From a virus (taxonomy: Duplodnaviria; Caudoviricetes), in IMG/VR virus record IMGVR_UViG_3300037311_000053, positions 1-59,765 of that record: a stretch of DNA of 59,765 nt. The stretch is one strand, 5' to 3'. Under the pieces are notes generated by a model. That model did not search any database, had not been told where the DNA came from, and worked only from the letters and a program-made list of their open reading frames with translations. The translations under genes were made by a program, and so were the position numbers. The first letter of the stretch is position 1; each line of letters opens with the position of its first letter. Shown here one piece after another: positions 6,880 through 15,136 of the stretch.

Positions 6880-8376
6880 ATGGAAATCACGAAAATTGAA
6901 GCCGCGAGCGAATTTAACCTATTTGACCTATTCGCTAAATGCCAAGTGGTAGGCGACAAGCGCGTCGCTAATGATGATGAATGCCGCGCCTATGCGCGCT
7001 GGCTGGCCATGAAAGCGGGCGTTGTGGAAGCGGTAACGAATAGCCCCGTTCTCGAATGGAAATACAGCGGCCGCAAGCATAGCGATAAAATTTGCATCGG
7101 CGCATATTTTGGGAATGCCTTTGTCACGTTTCCCGGTGCGGATCAGAACGGCGCCGTAACTTTCGAGTTATTGGACGAAAGCGGCAATGTCGAAACAAGC
7201 GGCACCATATACGCCAAGCCGAACGGGGCGCTTAATGTGAGCCCGTCCGATGCTGCAGCGATTAAGGAAAGCGGCAAGGCATGGGCCAAGGCGAACAAGG
7301 GCAAGGCAAAGGCCGTTCCGGTTGCCGTTGCTGCCCCTATCGATGAACCGGCACCCGTTGCCGCCCTACCGGATGAATTGGACGCGCCCGAATGCGCCCC
7401 AGAGACGCCACAGGACGACGCGCCCGCTACTACCCTAGCCGAAACGCCTGAAATAGCGCCACAGGACGAAAAAAACGGCGTTGCCGATGATATTGAAGCG
7501 CAACCCGATCCCATTGCGGCATTGATTGCGCGAATTGAGGCGCTGGAAGCGGCCATAAATGGAGCAAAGGCAGGCAGCGCAACCAAAAGCGAAAATCAGG
7601 ACGATTTGTCAACCGGCACCCCTTCCGTGGGAATATCGGAACCTGCACCCCTTTCGGGGGAATTGAAGCCCAAGCGCTCCCCCGCTCATATTCGGGCGAT
7701 TATCGCCTATCTGGCTATGCGGAAAGAGCGCAATTCGGAACGCAAGCATAACGCCATAGGAATGGCGCAACTGGATGAGATGCGTAAAGAATGCGGCCAA
7801 TGGCGGGGATTGGCAGAGAGCAGCGCAGCCGAATGCCTGAAATTGCGTAAAGAGCGCGATGATTATGAGGGATTGCAGCAACGGACATGGGAGCAGGCGA
7901 TGGGCTATAAGATGCAGCGCCGCCGCGCTATCCTGAAAGCGCTGGCCCTTCGTGGGAATTTGAAACGCTCGCGCGATATTGCCACCGATAGGCTCAAGCA
8001 GATCGTTGACATGTCCGACCGCCTTATTTCCGAGAGCAGCAAAGCCACGACCGCCGAAACATGCGCCCGTTCGGCCGAAAGCAGGGAAGCCAAGGCTAAT
8101 GCCGAATTGGCGGACATCAAACGCAAGCTCGCAGATCCGGCTAACCCCTTCCGCCTGTCCGATATGGTGGCGATAAATGACAAGGCGGGGGAATATCAGG
8201 CACGCGCCGAAAGGGCAGAAGCGGAAAGCGAACGCTTGCGCCGCTTGGCCATCCAGAACGCGGGGCATATCGAGACGCTTGCCAGCCGGATAGCAAAGGC
8301 CGAAACCATGCTGCGAGATAGCGGGTTGATGCCGGCGCTTTCAATCGTCCCCCCTTCCGTAGAAATTGCGGCATAG
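6880..8376 (+). CDS. Large hypothetical protein: globular N-terminus, Pro/Ala/acidic linker, long coiled coil
   Basis: GGAG RBS before ATG at 6880; ~498 aa; heptad-rich C-terminal half. Confidence 0.85.
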   Translation: MEITKIEAASEFNLFDLFAKCQVVGDKRVANDDECRAYARWLAMKAGVVEAVTNSPVLEWKYSGRKHSDKICIGAYFGNAFVTFPGADQNGAVTFELLDESGNVETSGTIYAKPNGALNVSPSDAAAIKESGKAWAKANKGKAKAVPVAVAAPIDEPAPVAALPDELDAPECAPETPQDDAPATTLAETPEIAPQDEKNGVADDIEAQPDPIAALIARIEALEAAINGAKAGSATKSENQDDLSTGTPSVGISEPAPLSGELKPKRSPAHIRAIIAYLAMRKERNSERKHNAIGMAQLDEMRKECGQWRGLAESSAAECLKLRKERDDYEGLQQRTWEQAMGYKMQRRRAILKALALRGNLKRSRDIATDRLKQIVDMSDRLISESSKATTAETCARSAESREAKANAELADIKRKLADPANPFRLSDMVAINDKAGEYQARAERAEAESERLRRLAIQNAGHIETLASRIAKAETMLRDSGLMPALSIVPPSVEIAA

Positions 8377-8488
8377 GGTATTCGTGGGAATTATGGTGAC
8401 TTCTCTGCCCTATCATGGCATAGAAATCGGGCCGGTTAAGCTGCGTCAACAGCCACCGGCCCTGACCACTACGAAAGGATACTTCGCT

Positions 8489-9073
8489 ATGGCTAGTCGC
8501 CAATTGCCCGATATTGATGTGCTACACAAGTTAATGGAATACGATTCCTTAACCGGATTATTCACATGGAAGCGTCGCGCGCCTGAATTATTTGATAATT
8601 CCAAGGGGCAGGCGTTGTGGAGATCGAGAGTATGGAACTCGAAAAATGCTGGGAAACCGGCTTTAAATAGACCCCATGGCGTTGGGAGGACACACCTATC
8701 TGGCGGGATATTAGGCGAACTTTGGTTGGCTCATAGAATCGCGTGGGGGATGCACTACAATGTGCGTGATTTTGATGTGATCGACCATATCGACGGTGAT
8801 GGCACCAACAACAGAATCTCTAATCTGCGCACCGCAAACATGGCCATTAATGCTCGCAATGCGGCGATGCGTAGAGATTCTACAAGTGGTGTATCAGGGG
8901 TTCATTGGCATGTAGGAAGATATGGGAGGCCGGTTTGGGTCGCTAGAGTGCAAGTAAACGGAAAGCGCCACTTCCTTGGCTCTTTTGATGACATTGAGCA
9001 GGCAAAATCCGCTCGCCTTTCAGCGCTATCTAAATACGGATTTGGCCCATCCCACGGAAAGTTGAGAAAATGA
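8489..9073 (+). CDS. HNH homing endonuclease with AP2-like C-terminus
   Basis: AHRIAW...IDHIDGDGTNNRISNLR...SGVSGVHW...FLGSF. Confidence 0.9.
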   Translation: MASRQLPDIDVLHKLMEYDSLTGLFTWKRRAPELFDNSKGQALWRSRVWNSKNAGKPALNRPHGVGRTHLSGGILGELWLAHRIAWGMHYNVRDFDVIDHIDGDGTNNRISNLRTANMAINARNAAMRRDSTSGVSGVHWHVGRYGRPVWVARVQVNGKRHFLGSFDDIEQAKSARLSALSKYGFGPSHGKLRK

Positions 9074-9750
9074 GTGTAGATTATACCTACACAAAATCAC
9101 GGCCTAAGGAATTATGCCAATTAGCTGGCCGTTGGAATGGGCACATTCCTGCTTGTGGCATAATTAGCGAAGTCAAATATGATGGTTTCCGATGCTTGTA
9201 TTTTCGCGGATTGGAGGGCCGGCCAGCCCTGTGGACGCGCAATGGCTTTCGCATAGAGGGGACAGGCCATATTCTGCATAGGCTATCACTTATGGAACGC
9301 GCAGCCGGTTACCCCCTATTCATCGACGGCGAATTTCAGGTTGACGGAACACTGGCCGCAACAAAGGCGTGGTTTGAATCCGGTTGGAAGTCAGGCGATG
9401 AGGCTGGTCAGCTATTCGCTTTTGATTGTATGCCACTTTCCGATTGGGAAGCAGGGCGCAGCGATGTGCCTTGGTATGAGAGAAAGAAACTCTTGGCCGA
9501 TCTACTAGCCGCTTCCTATGTCCTACCGGACGATTGGGAATGGCGCGAGGGGCGTCGTGGGGATGAGCCGGCCACCCCTATCAGCGTGATACCAGATCAA
9601 TGGCTGGAAACGGCTACGGATGTGCGCGATGAAGCGGAAAGAGTGTGGGCGCGGAATGGAGAGGGTCTTATGCTAAAAAACCCAATGGCACCCTATGTCC
9701 GTGCTCGGTCGAACGAATGGCTAAAGGTGAAGCGCAATGGCGTCCGATAA
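9070..9750 (+). CDS. ATP-dependent ligase, adenylation domain only
   Basis: Motifs I EVKYDGFR, III IDGEF, IIIa FAFD, IV EGLMLK, V WLKVK; stop five residues after motif V, so no OB-fold. Confidence 0.85.
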   Translation: MSVDYTYTKSRPKELCQLAGRWNGHIPACGIISEVKYDGFRCLYFRGLEGRPALWTRNGFRIEGTGHILHRLSLMERAAGYPLFIDGEFQVDGTLAATKAWFESGWKSGDEAGQLFAFDCMPLSDWEAGRSDVPWYERKKLLADLLAASYVLPDDWEWREGRRGDEPATPISVIPDQWLETATDVRDEAERVWARNGEGLMLKNPMAPYVRARSNEWLKVKRNGVR

Positions 9751-9862
9751 GAAATGTCCGCGCTGCACCCCCGCCGATGAAGTTACATGGTCCGACCTGC
9801 AATCAGATCGGGTCGAGTTATGCAAAGAATGTCAGGAGAAAATAAGTGACACCGAAAGTTGA
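9737..9862 (+). CDS. 41-aa putative zinc-finger peptide (not in ORF track)
   Basis: MASDKKCPRC...LCKECQEKISDTES; two CxxC motifs. Confidence 0.4.
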   Translation: MASDKKCPRCTPADEVTWSDLQSDRVELCKECQEKISDTES

Positions 9863-10280
9863 AAAGAACGTCGAGAGGCTGATCGAGAAACTGCGCGATG
9901 CCTATGCGGTAAATCCCGCTGGTGTTGGCGCCATCGTGAACGATGCGACCGTACTTGCAAATAGGCTCATCAACCGAGCCCCTACCGAGGGGATGGAGCG
10001 GATCGAGTACGCGCCGTCAAAGGGTCCGGTCTATGAGTTTACCGGCCTTGTGCTGCACGAGGGCTCGTACAACGATACATCGATCGAGATCGCTCAATCC
10101 CTATCAGGGAAATTGGTGGTCTTTCAGGAATGGCGTGGTTCTCAGGGCGACATGCTCAGTCGTGTCGACGTTCTCGAAGCCGGTGATTACATCGGCGTCA
10201 TGGATGCTCTCAACTGGTCCGGTCTTGCTCGTAATGCAGCCAAGGCGCTCAAGTGGCGGTTGCGCGTGGAAGTCGATTGA
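9846..10280 (+). CDS. Hypothetical protein
   Basis: AGGAG RBS before GTG. Confidence 0.7.
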   Translation: MTPKVEKNVERLIEKLRDAYAVNPAGVGAIVNDATVLANRLINRAPTEGMERIEYAPSKGPVYEFTGLVLHEGSYNDTSIEIAQSLSGKLVVFQEWRGSQGDMLSRVDVLEAGDYIGVMDALNWSGLARNAAKALKWRLRVEVD

Positions 10281-10301
10281 CCCCCTATCAGGAGAATTGC
10301 G

Positions 10302-10547
10302 ATGAACAAATTTGACGAACAGGCTGAAGTCATGAAGACGAAGTTGAGGCACAGTTTCAGCAAAGTATCCTCTGATATATCTCGAAGTCTGGAAAGCGCA
10401 TTTAACAGCCCAGAGGCTAAACGTGCATTGAAAGAGTTGTCCGATGCCGTTGGTCAAATCCAGATCGATAACAAGGCATGGCAGGATTATCGCGCGGCCT
10501 TGAAGCGAGCAAGACTGCAAGCGACTGAAAGCAAAAAAGCGGGCTGA
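10302..10547 (+). CDS. Hypothetical helical protein
   Basis: AGGAG RBS inside the motif copy at 10283. Confidence 0.65.
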   Translation: MNKFDEQAEVMKTKLRHSFSKVSSDISRSLESAFNSPEAKRALKELSDAVGQIQIDNKAWQDYRAALKRARLQATESKKAG

Positions 10548-10572
10548 AGGTTTGACCCTCCAACCCGCTTTT
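10535..10572. terminator. Probable bidirectional intrinsic terminator
   Basis: AAAAGCGGG...CCCGCTTTT between the convergent accessory and lysis operons. Confidence 0.6.
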
Positions 10573-10670
10573 CGAGGTTCCCCCTCATTTCCCCACACCC
10601 TATCAGGGCAATTATGGGCCGGTCACGTTCCCCCGAACCATTGACCGGCCCTCCCGCGTGGACGGGAACC

Positions 10671-10943
10671 TTATCTCTTTGGCCATGCCTCGATCAGCAA
10701 TTGGCGCTTCTTTTCACAGTCCGCATTGGCCAGCGCTGAGTTGGTCATCATCCGGCGAACCTGAGCCCGCGTTGCGCTACCATCTGGCTGCGTTTCAATT
10801 TCCGGTGTCGGTTTGCACGGCCTCTGCGCTTCCAAGGGCGCTGAGGGGATAGGCGGTAGCGTTGATGGAGCGGATATTTTGATTTGCTTCTGACACCCCA
10901 TCAGCGTCAAGGCACACAGCGCTGCCAGAAGCAGTCTGCTCAT
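10671..10943 (-). CDS. o-spanin (Rz1-like lipoprotein)
   Basis: MSRLLLAALCALTLMGC lipobox, Pro-rich; overlaps the i-spanin in another frame. Confidence 0.8.
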   Translation of the reverse strand: MSRLLLAALCALTLMGCQKQIKISAPSTLPPIPSAPLEAQRPCKPTPEIETQPDGSATRAQVRRMMTNSALANADCEKKRQLLIEAWPKR

Positions 10944-11217
10944 ATTGGTCAAGGTCACGGTAAATCGTCTCCCTCACTGTGCGAAGTGGTCCCTCGCGCC
11001 ATTCGGTGAATGTCTGGGTGGCTTTCTGGCCCTGCTCGATACCGCGCTGGTATTCGGCTAGGGCGCGCTTCTCTGCTTCCGTGGCTGCTTTTGCCACGTC
11101 GACAGCAACGCTCAGTTGTCCAGCGGTGAATTGTGATGCTCCATATTTAGTGATACCCAGCCAGAGCGCAAACCCCAGCAATGCGACGCCCGCGGCTCCG
11201 GCTGCGTATTTCCACAT
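10795..11217 (-). CDS. i-spanin (Rz-like)
   Basis: N-terminal TM, coiled coil, C-terminal Cys; downstream of the endolysin. Confidence 0.8.
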   Translation of the reverse strand: MWKYAAGAAGVALLGFALWLGITKYGASQFTAGQLSVAVDVAKAATEAEKRALAEYQRGIEQGQKATQTFTEWREGPLRTVRETIYRDLDQYEQTASGSAVCLDADGVSEANQNIRSINATAYPLSALGSAEAVQTDTGN

Positions 11218-11390
11218 TATGCGATCTTTTCGGCTTCGGTGGTCACGCCGGAACGAATGAACGCACCGAGCAATGCAGTCACGACAAGCTGGGCAGCGGC
11301 AGCAAGCGTCAAATCGCCAGTTAGATAGCCGCCAACAGCGCCCAAAATGGTGAGCGCCGCAGTCACATAGGTTTTCTTTCCTTTAAGCAT
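11217..11390 (-). CDS. Small two-TM holin-like protein
   Basis: MLKGKKTYVTAALTILGAVGGYL...; within the lysis cassette. Confidence 0.65.
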   Translation of the reverse strand: MLKGKKTYVTAALTILGAVGGYLTGDLTLAAAAQLVVTALLGAFIRSGVTTEAEKIA

Positions 11391-11391
11391 T

Positions 11392-11868
11392 TCAGTCTTC
11401 CTTCTCAATTTGTCCGACGATTTCGGACGGTTTGTGATTCCAGCGATACCCGCTGCCCCGCTCGCTCTCGATCGGGTAGGGTATGCCTTCGGCACGAAAC
11501 TTCTTCTTGATGTTGTTTAGGTGGACAAGCAGCGTCTTTGCCGGCCATCCCTTTCTTGTCTCAATGCAGCGCTCGGTGATCACGTCCGTTGGGACGAAGC
11601 GACCGTTTTCCTTTGCGATGGTGTGCAAGATCGCCCGCTGCTTCTTGGTCAGCCTTATGGCCCGACCTTGGTATGTACACTGGCCGCGATGATCGATTTC
11701 AAAGTCGCCACGGATAAGGACCAAATCAGCCCGTTGGTTTGCACCGCAATTCCAGCATGTCGATGAAGGTCTGCGCTTATCGTCTTTGTTCGCAAGAGCC
11801 TGCCTGACTATCTCCCGCAACTCATCCGCATCAAGCGAAGATAGATAGTCAGACAGTTGACCCTTCAT
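11392..11868 (-). CDS. Winged-helix (OmpR/PhoB-type DNA-binding) protein without receiver domain
   Basis: IRLTKKQRAILHTI...LLVHLNNIKKKF...IESERGSGYRW; CxxC upstream. Confidence 0.8.
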   Translation of the reverse strand: MKGQLSDYLSSLDADELREIVRQALANKDDKRRPSSTCWNCGANQRADLVLIRGDFEIDHRGQCTYQGRAIRLTKKQRAILHTIAKENGRFVPTDVITERCIETRKGWPAKTLLVHLNNIKKKFRAEGIPYPIESERGSGYRWNHKPSEIVGQIEKED

Positions 11869-12200
11869 TCCTTATCCTTGGGGAATGTCTGGTAATTGAA
11901 ATCGGCCTCGGTCGGCGCGCTTGGCTCAACGCCTGGGACCGGCGCGCTGGCATGTAGAGCATCGGCCATCTTTTGCATGGCGCGAGACTGACCAATCTGG
12001 CCAATGCGGTTGAAGCCGATCTGGGCGAGCGCAATAAGGCCCGTCGCAACGGTTCCTATCAGCGTCCCCTTTTCTTCTTCGCCACCCGTGATGAAACTAA
12101 GCGCCAACCATACCAGCCCCACGACGCAAAGAGCGGTCAGTGACCATGCGGCAAATATCTCAAGCCGTTGGTTGGAAAGTGCGGTTGGAGACTTAATCAT
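11865..12200 (-). CDS. Two-TM membrane protein, holin candidate
   Basis: Two hydrophobic helices; coupled to the endolysin stop. Confidence 0.65.
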   Translation of the reverse strand: MIKSPTALSNQRLEIFAAWSLTALCVVGLVWLALSFITGGEEEKGTLIGTVATGLIALAQIGFNRIGQIGQSRAMQKMADALHASAPVPGVEPSAPTEADFNYQTFPKDKE

Positions 12201-12760
12201 GCTTCGTTCTTGGACAGCGCTGCGATTATGTCAGCGGTCACATCGACCCTTTTGGCACTCGACCATGAAGGCTGGTAAGATGGCTTGCGGACTTGGAATA
12301 CTGTTGCCTTGCCACTTCCTGACCATTTCCCATCAAAGAACAAATCCCTTTCTTTGGTCCGACGAGGGATGATCTCCGTGGGCTTGCGGTAATTCATAAA
12401 CTCCTGACGCGCCTTTTCACGGTTGCCAGAAATCCACGATTTTACCCAGCTTGCCGAGCGGATCGCGCCAGTATTGTAATGGAATGAAAGAGCGGCGGTG
12501 AATTGGGCCTCGGTAAGCGCCTTTCCCTTGAAAGCAGCAATTACATCGGGGGCATATTTCTCACGAAGCAGCCACTCATAAACGGCGATCACCTTGCTAA
12601 TCGGCTGTGGGTTGTCCTTATACCGCAGCACATTATGACCGGACGCGGATGTGACACCTACACCCCAAGTCCAGATGCCTTTGCTGTCCTTGTAAGCCTC
12701 GCAGATAATGGCTTCATGATCGATTATCTCTTTCATGCACAACACGGTGATCGGGTTCAT
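12197..12760 (-). CDS. Endolysin, GH24 lysozyme
   Basis: HEAIICEAYKDSKGIWTWGVG (E-x8-D-x5-T); ALSFHYNTG; RRTKERDLF. Confidence 0.92.
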   Translation of the reverse strand: MNPITVLCMKEIIDHEAIICEAYKDSKGIWTWGVGVTSASGHNVLRYKDNPQPISKVIAVYEWLLREKYAPDVIAAFKGKALTEAQFTAALSFHYNTGAIRSASWVKSWISGNREKARQEFMNYRKPTEIIPRRTKERDLFFDGKWSGSGKATVFQVRKPSYQPSWSSAKRVDVTADIIAALSKNEA

Positions 12761-12810
12761 GTAAAATCCTTTCGTTGGACAAATAATTTAATCCACGGTA
12801 AATTGTCGTC

Positions 12811-13401
12811 ATGACAAATAACAAATGGACGGTGCTTGAGCGCCGAGGGAAAATGGCTCTTTGCCGCTGCGAATGCGGGACCGAAAAAGTTACTTTTTAT
12901 TGGGACGTCATCAGAGGACGATCCAAATCTTGCGGATGCACCCGACTTGTTCACACCAGCGCACTTGGGCGCAGCAACAAGCGGCATGGATTAGCCGACA
13001 CTCCAACCCATAGATGTTGGATTGAAATGCGACGTCGCTGCAATGCCAAGCATAGAAAAGAATACGAAAACTATGGCGGTCGAGGAATTAAGGTTTGCGA
13101 CCGATGGGAAAACAGTTTTGATAATTTCCTTGCCGACATGGGTGAAAAGCCCGCTGGCCACACCATTGAGCGAATAAACAATAATGGTCCTTACTCCCCT
13201 GAAAACTGTCGCTGGATACCAAGAACAGATCAGGAGTTGAACAAGCGTAGCAATCGATTCATCACAGCCTTCGGATACACCTTGCCCGTCTCTGCAATGG
13301 CCAGAAAACATGGCATGGAACCCGCAAAACTTTTTAACCGGCTCAAAAAGTATGCGACCGCCGAAGAAGCTATTTTGTCGGTCAATAAGGAGAGTGGATA
13401 A
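12811..13401 (+). CDS. HNH-type homing endonuclease, antisense to the late operon
   Basis: CRCECG...SCGC...MRRRC...[12 protein letters not shown]...[18 protein letters not shown]. Confidence 0.88.
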   Translation: MTNNKWTVLERRGKMALCRCECGTEKVTFYWDVIRGRSKSCGCTRLVHTSALGRSNKRHGLADTPTHRCWIEMRRRCNAKHRKEYENYGGRGIKVCDRWENSFDNFLADMGEKPAGHTIERINNNGPYSPENCRWIPRTDQELNKRSNRFITAFGYTLPVSAMARKHGMEPAKLFNRLKKYATAEEAILSVNKESG

Positions 13402-14176
13402 CAAACTCTTTGGAGTAACTGTTGGGGAGCGCGCTGTTCACAACGGTCGGCTGCTTTGCGAGACGCCCGAAATAGGTCTTGGCCTGACGGTAGATCGTAG
13501 CATCTGGGTCGAAGCAGCAATGGATGAAGCCACGCATACCCATCTGCTCAATGAATGGCCGGAAGGTCGTTTCAAACTCGGCTTCACTCATCCACGACAA
13601 TTGGAAGCCAAGGCTTCGGATGATAACGCCATCTTCTTCCGAGATGACACCTTGGCCGCCAAATTCCAGCGACCCCAGATCCTCGACACCCATCTCAAAG
13701 CCTCGGTCGTAAAATCGGTTCATGATGGCCTTCTTGCCAATCACCAGTGCGGCCGCTTCAAAGTCTCCGGTGTGACCGGCGATGTCTATGCGTATCCAGC
13801 GCTTCGTTTGGAGCGCGGGAATATCGAGATGGGAGTTGTAATATCCATCGGTACGAGTGATCGACGGGGATATGAAGGGGAGAACGCCGCTGTCATAATC
13901 CGCCGTTCCGTCGACTTCCGCCTGAGTATCACCAACCCGAACGCGGATTGTCGTCCCAGCCAGCGCATTGGCGCCGAGCAAACTCACATAGTTAAATTCG
14001 CGGTTGACGCCAAAATCGCAGCGGACCCAGAGGTTCGTGTTTCCGGTCGACTGCCACACCATCCCTGCATCCTTGAACAGACCCAGATGCGATGCAGGCC
14101 GGTTCGACCGCTCATTACCTGTTGTGATCGTTCCGAGGGAAAGCGGTATCGTAAAGGCTGGTTTCTGAATTGGCAT
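13382..14176 (-). CDS. Tail tip / distal tail protein
   Basis: Beta-rich 264 aa at the end of the tail module. Confidence 0.65.
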   Translation of the reverse strand: MPIQKPAFTIPLSLGTITTGNERSNRPASHLGLFKDAGMVWQSTGNTNLWVRCDFGVNREFNYVSLLGANALAGTTIRVRVGDTQAEVDGTADYDSGVLPFISPSITRTDGYYNSHLDIPALQTKRWIRIDIAGHTGDFEAAALVIGKKAIMNRFYDRGFEMGVEDLGSLEFGGQGVISEEDGVIIRSLGFQLSWMSEAEFETTFRPFIEQMGMRGFIHCCFDPDATIYRQAKTYFGRLAKQPTVVNSALPNSYSKEFVIHSPY

Positions 14177-14179
14177 TAT

Positions 14180-14554
14180 TTAGCCCCAAGACTGGATGAT
14201 GGTTTGCTGCTTTCCAAAGTCGATGGAAAACTCGGAGATGATTGCGGCGTGGCCAGCCTGTCGGAACGTATCTTTCACGGTCAATTGGGGCGCTGTGGTC
14301 GTATAGGCCAGAGCAATGCCGGTTGCTTCCCCAGATACAGCCTGATTGAATGCGCGGCGGTCTGCGCTCAATAACGTCCCGCGTTCGGCGCACATGGCCT
14401 GAGCATCCGCTTCAGCCTCAAAGAATGTGGGGACAGGCTCAAGTGTTTTGCGCGCTGCATCCGCATATTTTGTCACCACGGTCGACACAGGGCCATTCTT
14501 TACCGTGCGATACCCTGTCTTCACATATTCAGCGCGGGCGGCTGTTGCTGGCAT
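14180..14554 (-). CDS. Tail-associated protein
   Basis: Position in the tail module; ends with IQSWG. Confidence 0.65.
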   Translation of the reverse strand: MPATAARAEYVKTGYRTVKNGPVSTVVTKYADAARKTLEPVPTFFEAEADAQAMCAERGTLLSADRRAFNQAVSGEATGIALAYTTTAPQLTVKDTFRQAGHAAIISEFSIDFGKQQTIIQSWG

Positions 14555-14779
14555 TTACGCTTCCTTTTCCACGAACCAGTAATAGCCGATGCCCGTTTCA
14601 GGTTTTATCGGGAACGGAGCACCGGCCACGATGCGCCACGTGCCTTCGGGCAGGAAATACACCAGCCCCAGGGCGATGCTCTGGTTCGATGCGATGACGC
14701 CGGCCAAAATTCCCGCGATCGCGGCAATGCGGATGCTCCACATTTTCCACGCCTGGCGCACTTCTTCGATAAACTTCAT
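14555..14779 (-). CDS. Holin-like membrane protein, possibly chimeric
   Basis: MKFIEEVRQAWKMWSIRIAAIAG N-terminus is typical of small lysis membrane proteins; the C-terminus looks unrelated. Confidence 0.55.
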   Translation of the reverse strand: MKFIEEVRQAWKMWSIRIAAIAGILAGVIASNQSIALGLVYFLPEGTWRIVAGAPFPIKPETGIGYYWFVEKEA

Positions 14780-14792
14780 GGATAACCCCCAT

Positions 14793-14814
14793 AAAAAAAC
14801 CGCCCGAAGGCGGT
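14793..14814 (-). terminator. Intrinsic terminator
   Basis: Minus strand ACCGCC-TTCG-GGCGGT followed by a T-run. Confidence 0.8.
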
Positions 14815-14839
14815 GTTGCGTGTGTGTGTTGGCAGGGCG

Positions 14840-15136
14840 TCAGTGCCCGCGAAATAATTCCCATATGCCGTAGCAGGCGCTTCCCAGCACTCCGAAGACA
14901 CCGGTACCGACAATCCATTTGCCAAGCTTGATGGCGCCCATCTTTTCGTCGCGATCGGTGGTGAGATCAGCAACCCGCTCTGGTAGCTTTTCCAACTTGG
15001 CCAACGAAAGCATGACAGTGTCGAGCTTTTCGTTGGCCTCTTTCATTCCATTTTTCAGATCCCTGATTTCGCGATCGCGATGCTTGCTTGCTTCTTTGAT
15101 GGCTGCGACTTCGGCGCTCAAATTTACTGCGTTCAT
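14840..15136 (-). CDS. Coiled-coil protein with C-terminal TM (XhlA/holin-like)
   Basis: Heptad N-terminus; GKWIVGTGVFGVLGSACYGIWELF TM segment. Confidence 0.7.
   Translation of the reverse strand: MNAVNLSAEVAAIKEASKHRDREIRDLKNGMKEANEKLDTVMLSLAKLEKLPERVADLTTDRDEKMGAIKLGKWIVGTGVFGVLGSACYGIWELFRGH

Larger units (their letters stand above)
5895..10613 (+). repeat. Dispersed same-strand 16-bp motif CCCTWYC-NNN-RRAATW, at least 13 copies
   Basis: Starts at 5895, 5920, 6168, 6197, 6800, 7620, 7649, 7945, 8352, 8377, 10099, 10283, 10598 (some with 1-4 mismatches); partial copies at 8408 and 9576. Confidence 0.85.

Noticed and set aside
5895-10613. The 16-bp motif as a CRISPR array
   Set aside because: Copies are short, degenerate, irregularly spaced and partly inside ORFs; no cas genes are present.
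5895-10613. Reverse complement of the motif (AATT...GATAGGG) as T7/T3-like promoters or KOPS
   Set aside because: It is shorter than T7/T3 promoters, points against the genes, and no single-subunit RNA polymerase is encoded; it does not match GGGNAGGG.
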